Shown here: one piece after another, positions 47,631 to 63,084 of the stretch
How the letters are laid out: every line of letters starts with the position of its first letter
Position numbering within the stretch: position 1 is the first letter of the stretch
NCBI RefSeq assembly: GCF_009914755.1
Contig: NC_060933.1
Length of the DNA stretch: 64,000 nt
From: the human T2T-CHM13v2.0 reference genome, Homo sapiens
Direction: 5' to 3' (one strand)
Notes under the pieces: model-generated
What the model was told of the DNA's origin: nothing
The model's database searches: none
The model's input: only the letters and a program-made list of their open reading frames with translations
Made by a program: the position numbers and the translations under genes

Positions 47631-48739
47631 ATAGATGCAATCCATGTGGCAGCTGGGGCTTTCCATCCCTTTGAGATCCTGAACTGTCCCTCTTCACCCC
47701 CATGCCATGATCACGACTAACAGAAGTCTTCCCCAAGATATCCGCCAATTCTGTAGGGGAAAGGGGAAGCTTTACAATCATCTGGCTTTTGGGGCACTGA
47801 TTTCCTTATGTGTGTCTTGATCAAGCCACACTGTAATTCCTGCATTAAACTGGGCCTGCCTTATTCAGTTTCCACAATAAAATCATCTAACCCAAGCAAT
47901 TGTAATATTGGTGGTCATTATTGATGGTTTCAGCTGGATTCCAAGAAGTGGTCGGTCCCCTATGCATAGTACACAACCTTCCTCCAATCTCACCACTTTC
48001 TCCCTCGTCCCTTATTTTCCTCGTTTCAATTCCATTATGGATTACAATGTATAGAATATGGAATGGCAAACATGATAATTCAGCAAGAGTTCCAGATTTT
48101 TCTCTATCTCATAGGACAGATATCACCCCTTGCTGAGCCTGCAGTACAGACTAATTCCAGTCCCTCAAGGAGCTTGCTTCAACTCTGAATGCACTCTGAA
48201 GAATTTTCCCAAAAGTGCTTTTCCTAAGGGGAATGTTACTGCTACCTGTGAAAATAACAAGATTTTTCCGCCTTGTGACATGGTTATACACTTTAAATGG
48301 CAACAAGGGAAGATAGAAAACTGGAGTGTTATGAGAGCGCAAAACAAGGGTTGTGACCCAATCTAATAGGTGGGAAAAGTGTTTGCTGGGCTAGATGAGG
48401 CATAAATAGATGTTAACCAGGAACAGGAGAGAAGAGGGGGGCATTTCAAGGAAAAACAAATACTATTTTTAAAATAAGGAAGAAAATTAGAATTAAAGGT
48501 TAATAAAGATAAGAACATAAAGATGAAGCCAGCTTTGTAGTACAGAAAATACATACAGCAAAGCCCTAATTGGACTTTACCAAAGTAATTGCCAGAGGTG
48601 AGCTACAGATTCTGAACTGAGGTTTCTATCAGCCAACACAGGTAGAAAAGCATTACCATGGTATAACTGAATTTGCATACAATAAATGTGCACTAAGACG
48701 GGTTTCTCCGAGCACATGGCTGATGACTGATGAATAATA

Positions 48740-48920
48740 ACAATGTGAATACACACTGAATGCTTACTTGTCTTATCTCATTCAATCATCACAACAAATC
48801 TAGATACGAGACATAATGATCACCATTCCTGAAGTTTAGAGAGGTCACCTGAGCTGCATGGTTGCTCAGCTGCTAAGTGGCAGGGCCAAGATTCCAATCT
48901 CAGCCAGCCTTTTGGCTCTT
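48740..48920 (-). mobile_element. MIR
   Basis: 'ttatctcattcaatcatcacaacaa', 'cagctgctaagtggcagggccaagattc'. Confidence 0.6.
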
Positions 48921-49555
48921 GAGGTGTTTCTCTTATCTACTGAAGTACACTGCACTCAGGTCCTCTGTGTTCTCTGCTTTCCTAGGACAGTACTGAATGG
49001 CAAGGCTTTAATATTTGCAACTCATGGAGAGCTACCCTTCCCTGACATCAGCTGGCCACTGTTTCCTAAAAGTGAAACGCTGAAAAATTTCCCGAATTCA
49101 TGAGACTTGTTCTCCATTTGGTCAAACCACGTTACTTTTCACTGTAGATGTCTACAGAGCATTCTGTAATGTGTTTCTTGTGTTACTTTTTGGTTACTGA
49201 GAACTTTGGTACATTCAATTTTTGTGGTCTGTGTAGAGGAATTCCTGGTTCAACATGTAATGCCCTTTTAATAATGGTACCAACAATGCCAGATAATATA
49301 TTTTTAATCACTGTCATGGATAAAAACTATAAAATGATCAGTAATCTAAGGAGCTCAGACTACAACTAGATCAGCAATGTGAATATGGACTTACACACTC
49401 AACCCTGACAAAGTCTATATGACAGAGTAGGTGCAATGCAGCCATTTCAGCCATTCACATACCCAGTGGGGGTCTTTGCAAGATCAGTTCAGATGTGGTC
49501 ATCAAAAACTATGGAAAGACTGGAGGAAAGAACAACAAATTCAACTAAGGCCTGG

Positions 49556-49580
49556 CCCTGCCCTGCCCTGCCCTGCCCTG
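49556..49580. repeat. (GCCCT)n pentanucleotide repeat
   Basis: 'gccctgccctgccctgccctgccct'. Confidence 0.9.
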
Positions 49581-51703
49581 GGATGGGAGAGGGCTTTCCC
49601 CTCTACTCTTTCCTTTCTTTTCATTTTGTAGTGCTTTTCACTCCATCAAGTCATTCTTCCTTTCAGGTTGGGGAGTGCCTGATAAAGAAAGCATTATAAG
49701 GCTGGATTGCCAAAGCACTGAATTTTTAAACCCTCTAAATAGGACATTAGTTCATAGCTTGAATGTTTTGAAATCTGATCAACGTGCCGTTTCTCAATAC
49801 ATTAAGCAAAGCAAGCAAAATTAGTCTGCTTTATGTCAGGTGCTTAGCACAAATCCCTTAATAATGTGCTTGAGTGCAGAAACCATTAATAAATGCATAA
49901 TTCCCTAAGACAGGCTTGATTAATTAAGTCATATGTGTATCCTTCTAATTAAAAAAAAAAAAGAACATTAGGCAGATGAGTGGAATTTCTGAGTACAAAA
50001 TTCAAAGGCTTCTTTTGAATGCCTTTTGCCTTTCTCTTCAAGATGAAAGGAACGCTGTTGGTTATTGTAGCTGCCAACAAACAGTTATAGCACAAGCACA
50101 AAGCACCCAGAACTCTGTGTCTTATTAAAAACAATTTGGTATTCATCTGCCAATTTGTAACTCAGTTCTCAATCAGGGGTCTGTCTGATTAAGTCAAGCA
50201 ATTCAAATCTGAGGGGGCAGCTGGTGCTGCTATGCAAATAAACAGATGAGGAAAAAATGGGACCAATGAATCAACAAGCAGATGGTAAAAAGCCAAGGCC
50301 TTCAAAGGGTACTTGAATATTTTTTCCTCTCTACTTCCCATCACACTACGTCTCACAGAATTTATATTCCAAGGGATTATAAAGATTATCACTTAGTTTA
50401 ATGATCAGCATAGAACAGTTTCTAACATTGATCCCTTTAGCATTAAGGACTTACACCAAGAAAACACTGGTCGTGGAATGCTAGATTAGATGGTAATCTG
50501 CTTCCATATTTTTTCATTTTTTTCTTAATCAATTGACCAGCTACATAATAGAATCAATACACTTTTATGCGTGCATCTTTATTTCCAACCAAGTGTTTCC
50601 CTGCAAAGCTGCAGCACTCTTCAAATGAGTAGAAAAGTCTTCCTTTCAGCTCATATAGGTTTGGAATTGTTTGGAAAGCTCCAAAAAGAGACGTTGGGTC
50701 CTGAGTCTGTGCAGTACCACAATTATGCATTTCCTCCTGATTTGGTCAGTGGCATACAGTCCTACTAATTCTTGTTCATTTTTCTGCAACTGCTTTAGGC
50801 ATTACTCATTTGTCCTTATCTGAACTGGATTTATTTGGAAAATGCTCATGGAGTCTACCTTTATTATGGGGCATCTCAAATTTCAAATACAATGTTTGGC
50901 AATCATGTTGTCTGAAGCCTAACCATAAACACCTTCATTAATTACAGCCTTTCATCTGCCAAAATCTTTTCTTTGGCTTGCATTCTTCATGCTGATATCA
51001 AGTAGACAGGGCCAAATCACGTAGATTGTGTAGGCAATATAATGAGAATAGATGCAGTTGGAAGTTGTCAAAAGGTCTGAAACAAGCATGGTATTATTTG
51101 AGATCCCTTTTTAAAATAAACATACTGGTTCTTATAATGACTTGGAAATTTTGAGAGATTGCTTTTAGCACTTTGACAGCTGAGAAGACTTTCTTTAGAA
51201 TATGGTTACAAGTCACTGGTTTTATTAAAGTGAGGAGAACATTTTCATTTTGATAAGCAAATATTAGCACAGGACCAATCCTTCACTTCAAGGAGTGTTG
51301 AACTCAAGGATGCTTTTCTTGGTAGTAACATACAAATCATAATATTTTTCAAATATTTGTTCATACTAAATATTTTTGACCCAGGTTTTGGAGGATGAGT
51401 TTCCTTTCTGCTTTCTTAAATATAAAGCACAGTGCATAGTCATCTTGGAGTTCTGAATAGCAAGATGCTGACTGCTTTGGGACACCTTTATATCAGACAG
51501 GGCTTAAATGTGCTCTTTTGCATCAAGCAAGGCAAGGCATAGGTTAATGCTACTTTCTCAATTATAAACTATTAAAAGATCCATGTAAGCCAATATAATC
51601 TGTGAAAGGATTAGGAACACGGCTATGCAACGTCTCTCTTTTCCTTAAATAACAAAAAGCACCAGAGACCAGGATAAAAAAACCAATTTCCAGAAATCTA
51701 TGA

Positions 51704-52202
<499 letters not shown>

Positions 52203-52369
52203 TAAATCTACTCATAAGTTTTTTCCTGATTTTGTATTTGATTTTGCTTAGAAATCAGCTGTTGGCTTAATTATTGCTACTTTAGCTATCTCTTGTTCTC
52301 TGCCTGCTTATAAGATTTTTCTGGATTAGACAGATATCTAAAGATAGATTTTTTTTCATTTATGCTGCT

Positions 52370-53400
52370 AAAATGGTACTTCTTGAATATATGGCTTAAT
52401 GTCTTTAATTGAGTTGGAAATGTGTCAACCATTATCTCTGTAAATACTGCTTTTTCCAGTTTTCTATCTCCTTTCCTTCAAAACTCCAATTACAAGCATA
52501 TTAGACTGTCACCATATCTTCTATGTCTTTTATCTGTTTTCTGTATTTTCCATTCTTGTGTCACTAAATACTTCCATCTGGATATTTTCTTCTGACCTAC
52601 TTTCCAGTGTGTGAATTATTTCTTTATTTGGGTCTAATATGTTCAATACCCTATCCACTAAACCCACAAATTTGGCCTTATACCTTTAATTTTTAGAATT
52701 TCCATTTGGTTCTTTTTTTTAATAGCTTCCTGCTTTCTGCAAATATTCTCAATCTTGTTTTTCATGTTCTTAAATATAACAAGCATTGTTATTTTAAAAT
52801 CTCTTTGCGACAACTTCAGGGTCTGTAGCCTCTGTGGGTTTGTTTATTTTGCCTGTTTCTTCTGCTGTTTTTGCTAATGTTTTATTGACTATTTAGAGAT
52901 CTGGTTACTTTTTATTTTTTGCCAAGCATTTTATTTGAAAAATTATTTGTAGAAATAATTTGACGTGTAGGATGATGATATCTTCCATCAAAGAGAATTT
53001 AAATTCGACTTTGGCTTGTAGCTAGAAGAATTAGCAATATGAATTCATTTCATTCTAATTTCAGAAACTGGTATTATTTACATCTGAGCTGCAGTCTCAA
53101 GAAGGTATGAATTCTCCCAGTTCCTTTTATTATTAGGGATCAGCCCTTTGATTCTTAACCCAAAACATTGAGGGCTCACTACCCCAGCCCTTTGTGACCC
53201 TGGACTCCAGTTCCTGCCCCCACCATTTGACATTTGAGCCCTGTCAAGCTTCGCAGCCATTCCCTGGAGAATGAACAAATAGCCCCAGAGGTGAAGTAGC
53301 CAAAAGCTCAGCCCTGGGCTCTGAACGCCCCTAGATTCTAACCCAGTTATTCTTCACTCTTTCGAGTTTTAGTTCCTTACCTATAAGAAGATGTTTTTAA
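52370..53400 (-). mobile_element. Ancient L1 5'/ORF1 fragment
   Basis: 'ttggaaatgtgtcaaccattatctct', 'actccaattaca...ttagac', 'tagaatttccatttggttcttttt'. Confidence 0.6.
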
Positions 53401-54070
53401 ATATTTTTCTGGCTATCCTGAGTGGAAGAATTTGTTCATTAAATCAGCTTTGTTCTAAACTTTGAATATGTGACTCCCAAATCACTCTCGATATACTGAT
53501 CCTGCCACAAATTTGTGGCAGACTTCATCTAAAAATTAATAATACATTATGGTTTTCACAAACCCATAGAAAACATACACATACCCTGACAAGCCACGTT
53601 ATCACACAGCAACTCACTATCAACAGAAAATAATGATACCAATAAAGCCATCAATTTTAATTTTGGGATCAGTTCAAGAGGGCCCAGCCCATACTCACAA
53701 CTCTGAATCTAGCTCACCTGTACACAAATACACATTGGAACATATAAAAAGATGGCCAAAGACACTGGTCCACATCTGCTTTTCCCCCACACTGTTTCTT
53801 CTTCTCATGCTGTCTCTACCCTCAACTTCATCCATTTGGGTCAGTCTCTTGATCCCAGTGTCTCAACTGCCCCCTTTGATTCACAGCTCCCTTGGATCCA
53901 TGTTGACATCAACACATTGCTCAATACAAAACCTCTGGCATTTTTCTTCTGGCCCAAATCCCTGATCTTGGATAAGAATCACCCCACAGGTAAAATTCCA
54001 CCTGGCTCCATTAGATAAGCCTATCAAATTAATGACCCCTGCCCCCCACATAATGCTGCCCAAGGGATAG

Positions 54071-54487
<417 letters not shown>

Positions 54488-55871
54488 GGAAACATTATTT
54501 TTTATCCACATGATACTAAAGAGTAACAAAAGAATCCAAAAACATAGATAACAGAAGGAACTGGAGAAGGATTTAAGTCAAACAGAATTATAAGGACTTC
54601 AGACCTTGTGAAAAAGACAGGAAGAGGAAGAGAGAGAATAGGAGAAATTTGTCTGATTACAAGGAGAAAGTGTCAGAAAATATTCCCGAGCACAGCACAG
54701 TTTGGGTACAGTTTCTCAGTGGTATATCATTTTTATTCCTGAGTTATGTAATTAAAGCTCAAGCTACCAGTGAAAAACAAATAGCCCTGAACTTACTTCA
54801 GGCTTTTGTTTGCTCTTCTATAATTCTGTTTGGAAATAAGGCACTTTAAAAAATAAGGAGCAAGTAATACTAATGAATAACCATCACTCCCTCTCACTAG
54901 TTTGAATGCCAAGTTTCCTCCCTCAAGGAAATCTGAGTTACAAATCTCTAAAAATAGGGGTTTCTTCTAATGGAGACAGAGACAGGGCAAAATGCAGCAC
55001 TATAATTTGATAAAGACTTACTTAGTCAAGCCTATCATTTTAAATAGAGTAAAAGGTTTTAAAACATATTTGTTTAGAAATGATTTATTTAGACCACCAC
55101 TGGAGCCAGAAAGATGAAAGACAGCATTGGCTCGTTATTTAATTGGAGGTCTCTCTAAAAAGGAGGTGATAAATTTCTGACATATGTCTTACAATTGCTG
55201 CTCCAAGAAGAATTAGATCCATATTATAACTCAATTGCTTTATCAGCCCACCAGTAACTTCTTGTTGCCTGGGATGTCCTTCTGGTGACTTCAAAACTTG
55301 ACAAAGATGCAACGATTATGTGGATAAATTCCAGGACCACCCCAATGAGAACCTCGGCCCCTCTGGCTTTTGTGAAAGTTAACGGTAATTTATAACCTCA
55401 TGCTAATGTCCCAAGGCTTTCTAAAGAACAATTACATAAATATTTTTAACTTCATGGTCCTCTTAAGCACACAAACCACAAACCCATCTTAAGTATGCCA
55501 AGGTCATCCGTTATCTCCACAAAAGTTTTTACATGATGTGGCAATCTTAAAGACCTTCAGTTAAAACATCTCTGCAAGTTTAGGAGTTTCCAAAGGTCTC
55601 CTGCTGCTCCTGTGAACTATATAGAATGCACTAATCTCCACGGGCATTTTACTTCTCCGTTTTGCCTGTGCTGACTAACTCCATGGAACAATTTGCAAGT
55701 GATACCAAAGGTATGAATTAGTTGTGTAGAAGAAACTAGAGTCCAGATGTTAACCCTCAGTTTTATGTACACCATAGTTCTCCATACAAGGAAGATAATA
55801 TAAGGTAAGTGCAATCCTTTATTATTGGGCAAAAAAATACTTTCTCCCTGCCCTTCTTAAAAAAATTTTTA

Positions 55872-56765
<894 letters not shown>

Positions 56766-57242
56766 CAGTAATGCTTTTAAAATAAAGATAGTCAGTGCTA
56801 TAGAAGTACTTATAAAAACTCAGTATTTGACCTATGAACTTCAAACAACTGCAGAAATAGGGACAACTGTTAATGAATACAAAACCCCTAAAATAAGTCC
56901 TGTTTACTCCAACACAGACTGTCATTTAATATTTCTCACCATATCACATCAGATAGGCAGATGATACTGAACCAGTCTAAGGAAATAAGAATCTGGGTGT
57001 GATTATGACTGAGATATTCTCATACCACTAAGTGGCTAATAATTTCATAAATTCTCTAGGGAAACATGAGTGGTATTTTGTGGTATATGCAAATTATATA
57101 CAAACAGATTTTCCCACTTAAGTTAACAATGCTATAAATTCATACAGCATGTCATTATATAACTTCATCACTCTTCTCATAAATGCATTAGTTGTCTACA
57201 TAAAGCCTCATATTAAAAGAACTCTGCCAAATATTTTTAAAT

Positions 57243-57742
57243 GTGATTGCATCAGACATTCCTATTTGCCACTCAGCTCCATTCTCAACCATTCCCACCC
57301 TACTGTGTGGTCTGGGAGCCCAACTTCCATGGGTAACAACAACAGGTTCTCTTATCCTCTGGTGTCCAATTAGGACCAGTCAATGGGAGGTAACAGCACG
57401 GAAGGTGAGAGGAAAGAGGTTTGGGGGTATTTATTCCACCAGCTATTTCCCTGCCAGGCCTTGGGTTGGCAGCAGCTTTGGTCCACGGCTGGCAGCGATC
57501 ATTCATGTTAATTTTTGCTGGGCTTCTCTGCAGCTGTAGGAGACGGGTAACTACCTGCTCCCCTTTCCCCTTCAGGCCTACATGTGTTAAGGGCTCTCCA
57601 CTATTGCTAGATTTGGGGTGCTTCACCGTTGCTTACTGCTTCTTACCCCTGCCTATGTGTGTCCAAATAATCCCTTCATTCATCTCACCTCAACTTACCC
57701 ATTTGAGTCTTCTGTCCCTCCCCTGACAAAACCTGACTGATA
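57243..57742 (+). mobile_element. ERVL LTR (LTR33-like)
   Basis: 'caatgggagg', 'ggggtatttattcc', 'ccccttcaggccta', 'gggtgcttcacc', 'cctgactgata'. Confidence 0.75.
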
Positions 57743-60039
57743 AATTATCTTAAGTGAATGGAACTCAATTAAGGAAGCAGCACCTTTACCCAATGAGAAG
57801 TGCTCTAATTTGGAAACTTCCTATCTCAGCAGCACATCCAGCCAAATCGGCTGTGTCATCTCTCTCCATAAGCTATAGTGACAGTATTTTCCGCATCAAC
57901 CATTTAGACACACGGTCTCAGGCAGTATTTTTTTTCTGATTTATAAATTTTGTTTACATGAAAGGTCTTACGGTGATATAAAAAGCTAAATCATAGGTGC
58001 ACATGAAAAGGCCAGTCTTTTTTCCCATAGCTAAATAACACATAAACAAGAGGAATGAAACCCATAAAGCTAAAAAATACTTGGTATTTTAAATATTTTA
58101 GGAATACAGTAATGAGATGATCTTTTCATAGCTTTCTAGCATTTACCATATTTTGATATACTGCTTGATTCATATCTGTTTGCACCCTTGGTATTAATTT
58201 CCTTTTTATATGAAAAGGACAAACCTTCTGTTAAAATATTTTGAATGTTTCTCATACAAAATCCAAATAATATCTCCAGAGGAACTGAAGCAATATACAA
58301 ACTAAAGGAGGTGGTGAAACACAATAATAAAGATTCGAAAGTACCTTTGACAAAGAAAGAGACTTCCCGAAACCGAGAGAAAGGGCTGAGGCAGTTGAAC
58401 TCCCTTTATCTATATCCTAACAAATAACACCTCCTGTGCCTTAAATATTTAAAGTGAAATCTGTGGATTTATATAGCTTACAAAATGCCAGGGCTTATTA
58501 TCTTTACAGTTTGCATGACAGGAATATTCATACTGCTCAATTCCACGGTCTGAGACAACAGGAATTCCTCCAGGTGCTAATGGCAGATAACTTTCACGCG
58601 ACTTCAATAATCCACTAATTACGGAACCCCTCAGGTAGAACAATGTCATTAATCTGATTAAATTATTTATATTGCTGGAAAGCTAAATCTTACTAGGTCT
58701 TCAGGATTTTATTTGGTTCTCCAGTATGGATATGCAAAAGGACAACACCATTTCTCTTCTCTACTACATTTTCATGGTAAGAAAAAGAAAAAAAAAAAGC
58801 AACTAAGAAAGAAATAGCCTCATATTTCGAGTTTTGAGGCAAGTCCACCACCTAAGGGCAGGGTCCACCCCTCTCCCAGGAACCTTGAAGCTCTGTAGAA
58901 TTTTTCAAGTCCCTTTTGGAACTCTGCTTTTCTGGCTGGGGACTTGTTAGCATGTTTCACTAGTAGGGCCATGAGCTATGGTAAAATTAAAGTTCTATCA
59001 GAGTTATTTGCTGTTAGAGGTAGATCTAAATTAAAATGAAAAGGCTCATTTCTTCTGAACAGATCACTGAGAAGCTTGTGAAACCCTTAGTGCTAAATGT
59101 GCTACCCAAGTACCCTGAACAGACATCCTCTATTGGTTTTTTGGCTGTATACTGAACCATTTTCATATCTGTCCTGGTTTACCAGGCATTTAGTTAGAGG
59201 GTTAAAGAAGGTCTGGAGATGAGATTAAACCTGCTGCAATTTGATAGGCTACTCAAACATGTACCATTTATCCAAGTACTCTGTGTGGGTAGCAATTTGT
59301 AAAATGCTTTATAGCCTATAATTTTAAAATTTCATAGCTGGGCATCTATCATTTCCATTTTACGGAAAGAGGTACTCACTGTAGACATACTTTTATCAGA
59401 AGAAGTATAAGGCCTATAAGAAAATACGCATTTTTAAAAATGGAAATGAAAATACAAAGTGTTGGAAGTGTTATATTCTATCAAATCAATTAGTTGACAT
59501 ATTTAACTTTAATGACATTTTTCTGAGTCTTGTTGTCCGTATCTACTTAAATGTCTACAGTTTCTCGCTTCTCAAATATTCTTCTTTCTTTCAAGGTTTC
59601 CAAGACACTGGGAGAAGCTGTAATAAGCCTTTCTCTTATAGCCCAGGGCTTTCTTTTAATAGATATGTGGTCAAAGACACACAGCCAGCCCAGCTCCTAG
59701 CTAAATATAAATCATATGATTCCAGGAATAGAATTCATAATCTTATGTTACAAAAACACCATCCTCTATTAGAACACCCAGGACTTCAAACAACTCATTT
59801 TCTTCTTGGACCAGCAGCTAGGAGGCACCATAGTAATAAGCCTACTCTTAAATCCAGCCCCACACAACTGTGATAACCTAAAAGCAGCCAGAGCCAGCAA
59901 CTTACCCACTGTGTAACTTTTCCAATTACATTCTTGAAGACAAGCTTTTGGGTCAAGCGTGTCCTGAAAGAGTGAGACCACATAAAGTAAATCTTAGAGC
60001 AGTACACCACGCCTCTGTCTGTCTCAGGACTTCCTAACC

Positions 60040-60765
<726 letters not shown>

Positions 60766-61067
60766 AAGTTTAGTCACCATATTTCCTAAGAGCATACCTG
60801 CCTCTTCAAGTTCTTCTGGGTTAAATCAGAATTTCTAGGACTAAATTTTTCTAGACTAGTATAACAAAAGATGAGAAAAAACGGGTCTAGTCCCAGAAGA
60901 TAGAAAGACCAGAATAATTGAAGAGGCAGTGTGCAAGTGAACACTGCCATATTATTATTATTATTATTATTTTTTACAAGATGAACTTCTCTGGGGATAC
61001 ATGAAATAGGATTGTCAAGGGTGCTTAGTCTGTAATTAACTGACAGGAGAATGACTTAGTACTCAAA

Positions 61068-61699
61068 TGTCAGAGGCGTTTGAACCAGAGCGATTCCATC
61101 TTGAAGAGGGGCTGGGTAAAATGAGGCTGAGACCTACTGGGCCGCACTCCTAGGACGTTAGGCATTATAAGTCACATGATGAGAGAGGAGGTCGGCATAG
61201 ATATAAGTCTTCCTCTTATAACCCTTGCTGATAAAAGGCTGTTATAAAGAAGCCAGCCAAAACCAAGACGGTGACGAAAGTGACCTCTGGTCATCCTCAC
61301 TGCTCATTATATGCTAATTATAATGCATTAGCATGCTAACAGATATTCCCACCAGTGTCATGACAGTTTACAAATGCCATGGCAACCTCAGGAAGTTATC
61401 CTACATAGTCTAAAAGGGAAGAACCCTCAGTTCCAAGAATTGCCCACTTTTTTCCCAGAACATTCATGAATAATCCACCCCTTGTTTAGCATATAATCAA
61501 GAAATAACTATAAGTAGAATTAGTCAAGCAGCCCATGCCACTGCTCTGCCTATGGAGTAACCATTCTTTTATTCCTTTGCTTTCTTAATAAACTTGCTTT
61601 CACTTTACTCTATGGACTCTCCCTGAATTCTTTCTTGCACAAGGTCCAAGAACCCTCTCTTGGAGCGGGGGTGTGGATCAGGACCCTTTTCTGGTAACA
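61068..61699 (+). mobile_element. MER41B-like ERV1 solo LTR
   Basis: 'tgtcagaggcgtttgaaccagagc..ttccatcttgaa' to 'ggacccttttctggtaaca', 632 bp; includes the tandem GAS segment that MER41A lacks. Confidence 0.9.
61431..61460. promoter_or_regulatory. Tandem GAS/STAT motifs (TTCN3GAA x2) in MER41
   Basis: TTCCAAGAA 61431-61439 and TTCCCAGAA 61452-61460. Confidence 0.55.
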
Positions 61700-61941
61700 A
61701 AAAGATCTTCTGCTTTCACTGCAGCCTAGAGATTGAGGTGTTGTTAAGTATTATATATAGTGCCAATCCTTTTACCATTGGGATGGATCAGGCTGAAATT
61801 CAAAATAAGAACTTTATAGGTACATCTCAGTCCTGGGAACTGTCATTGGTACCCTGAAATATGGTTACAGGGATATTAGCAGTTTGAGCCATTAAGATAA
61901 TCTCTCATCTATATCATTTACAACTGCTCCCAAATTCTAAG

Positions 61942-62405
61942 TGTTCTAGGGCAGGTTCCCTAGGGACAGAGTCTGAGATGGGGAACACCGTGCAAATGAC
62001 TGATTGAGGGCATGCTTGCAGGTAAAATCTGTAAGAGAGTGATGGGAGGATAGAACAGGAGAAAAACCTAGAGGAAGATGCAGATTAAGCCAATGTCTAC
62101 ACTTTGTCTGCTTCCACAGGAAGTTTTGGAGCATGAATAGCACCACAATTGTACCACTTTCTCAAAAAGCCCAGATGTTTTTATCCACATATTTGTCAGT
62201 CATTGGCTTAGGGTTGCCCTCAGTTAAGGGTAGGCATGGCAAGAAACATATCTCCCACACATTTCTAGATGAGGCAGCTTTCTAGGCCCACAACAGGGAC
62301 AAGTCTGAACTGTTAGCAACCAATGATCACAGCAGTGGCCAACAGGCACCCTGGCCCCATGTAAGGAATCTGAGAGGGAGGAGGACCAACACTGACTATA
62401 ACACT
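61942..62405 (-). mobile_element. Old ERVL-type LTR (LTR16-family-like)
   Basis: 'gcaggttccctagggacagagtctgagatgg...tgcaaatgactgattgaggg', 'tcagtcattggct'. Confidence 0.55.
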
Positions 62406-63084
62406 GAGCAAATACCATGTGCCAATGTGCTGTGCAGGTCAGAACTATAAATGCAAGGCTGAATCACAACAAGCATTGCCTCAATGGCCTCCTCTGTCCC
62501 CACAGCTATTCCAGGCTAGTCCTAGGCTTTGATTGTGTCATAGGCTATCTCTTGAGAACAATTTCTGTTCTTGTCAGGAAGGACCCCTGCAGGGATTTCT
62601 GCAGGAGGATCCAGACAGGAGAATGGGAAAGAAAAGGCAGTGCTCTCTCAGTCGTTTATCAAGCATTATTCTCTTACAGATTGACCATGTTGAATGATCC
62701 TTTTAAAAATTATGAACTTTAGTAGTGAAGTTCCTTCTTGGTTTATATGATTCTCATGAGTCAAGTCATCAGGAATATGTGATTGCAGGGAAGCCAGACT
62801 CCCCATATTCAGAAACAGGCTGAAAGAGGTTGATTAAATTCCAACTACAGAGTCATTATATTTTACCTACCTAAATCAAACATCTAACTTAAAATGGAAC
62901 TAGTCTCATCCAATACCTGAATGAGAGGCTCAAGAAACTATTTCCACTACCTTTGCATCATTGAACAACTAAATCCAATGCCTGATATAAAAAGAGATAG
63001 ATCCAGTCATTAAGTCTCCATGTTGCACTGGGCAAAGCACTTCACCTCAACAACCCTAATTTCCCGTTTTATTATGAGGAATTT

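Noticed and set aside
48096-48366. Possible splice acceptor (ttttctctatctcatag) and overlapping short ORFs
   Set aside because: No recognisable protein or convincing donor; such sites arise by chance
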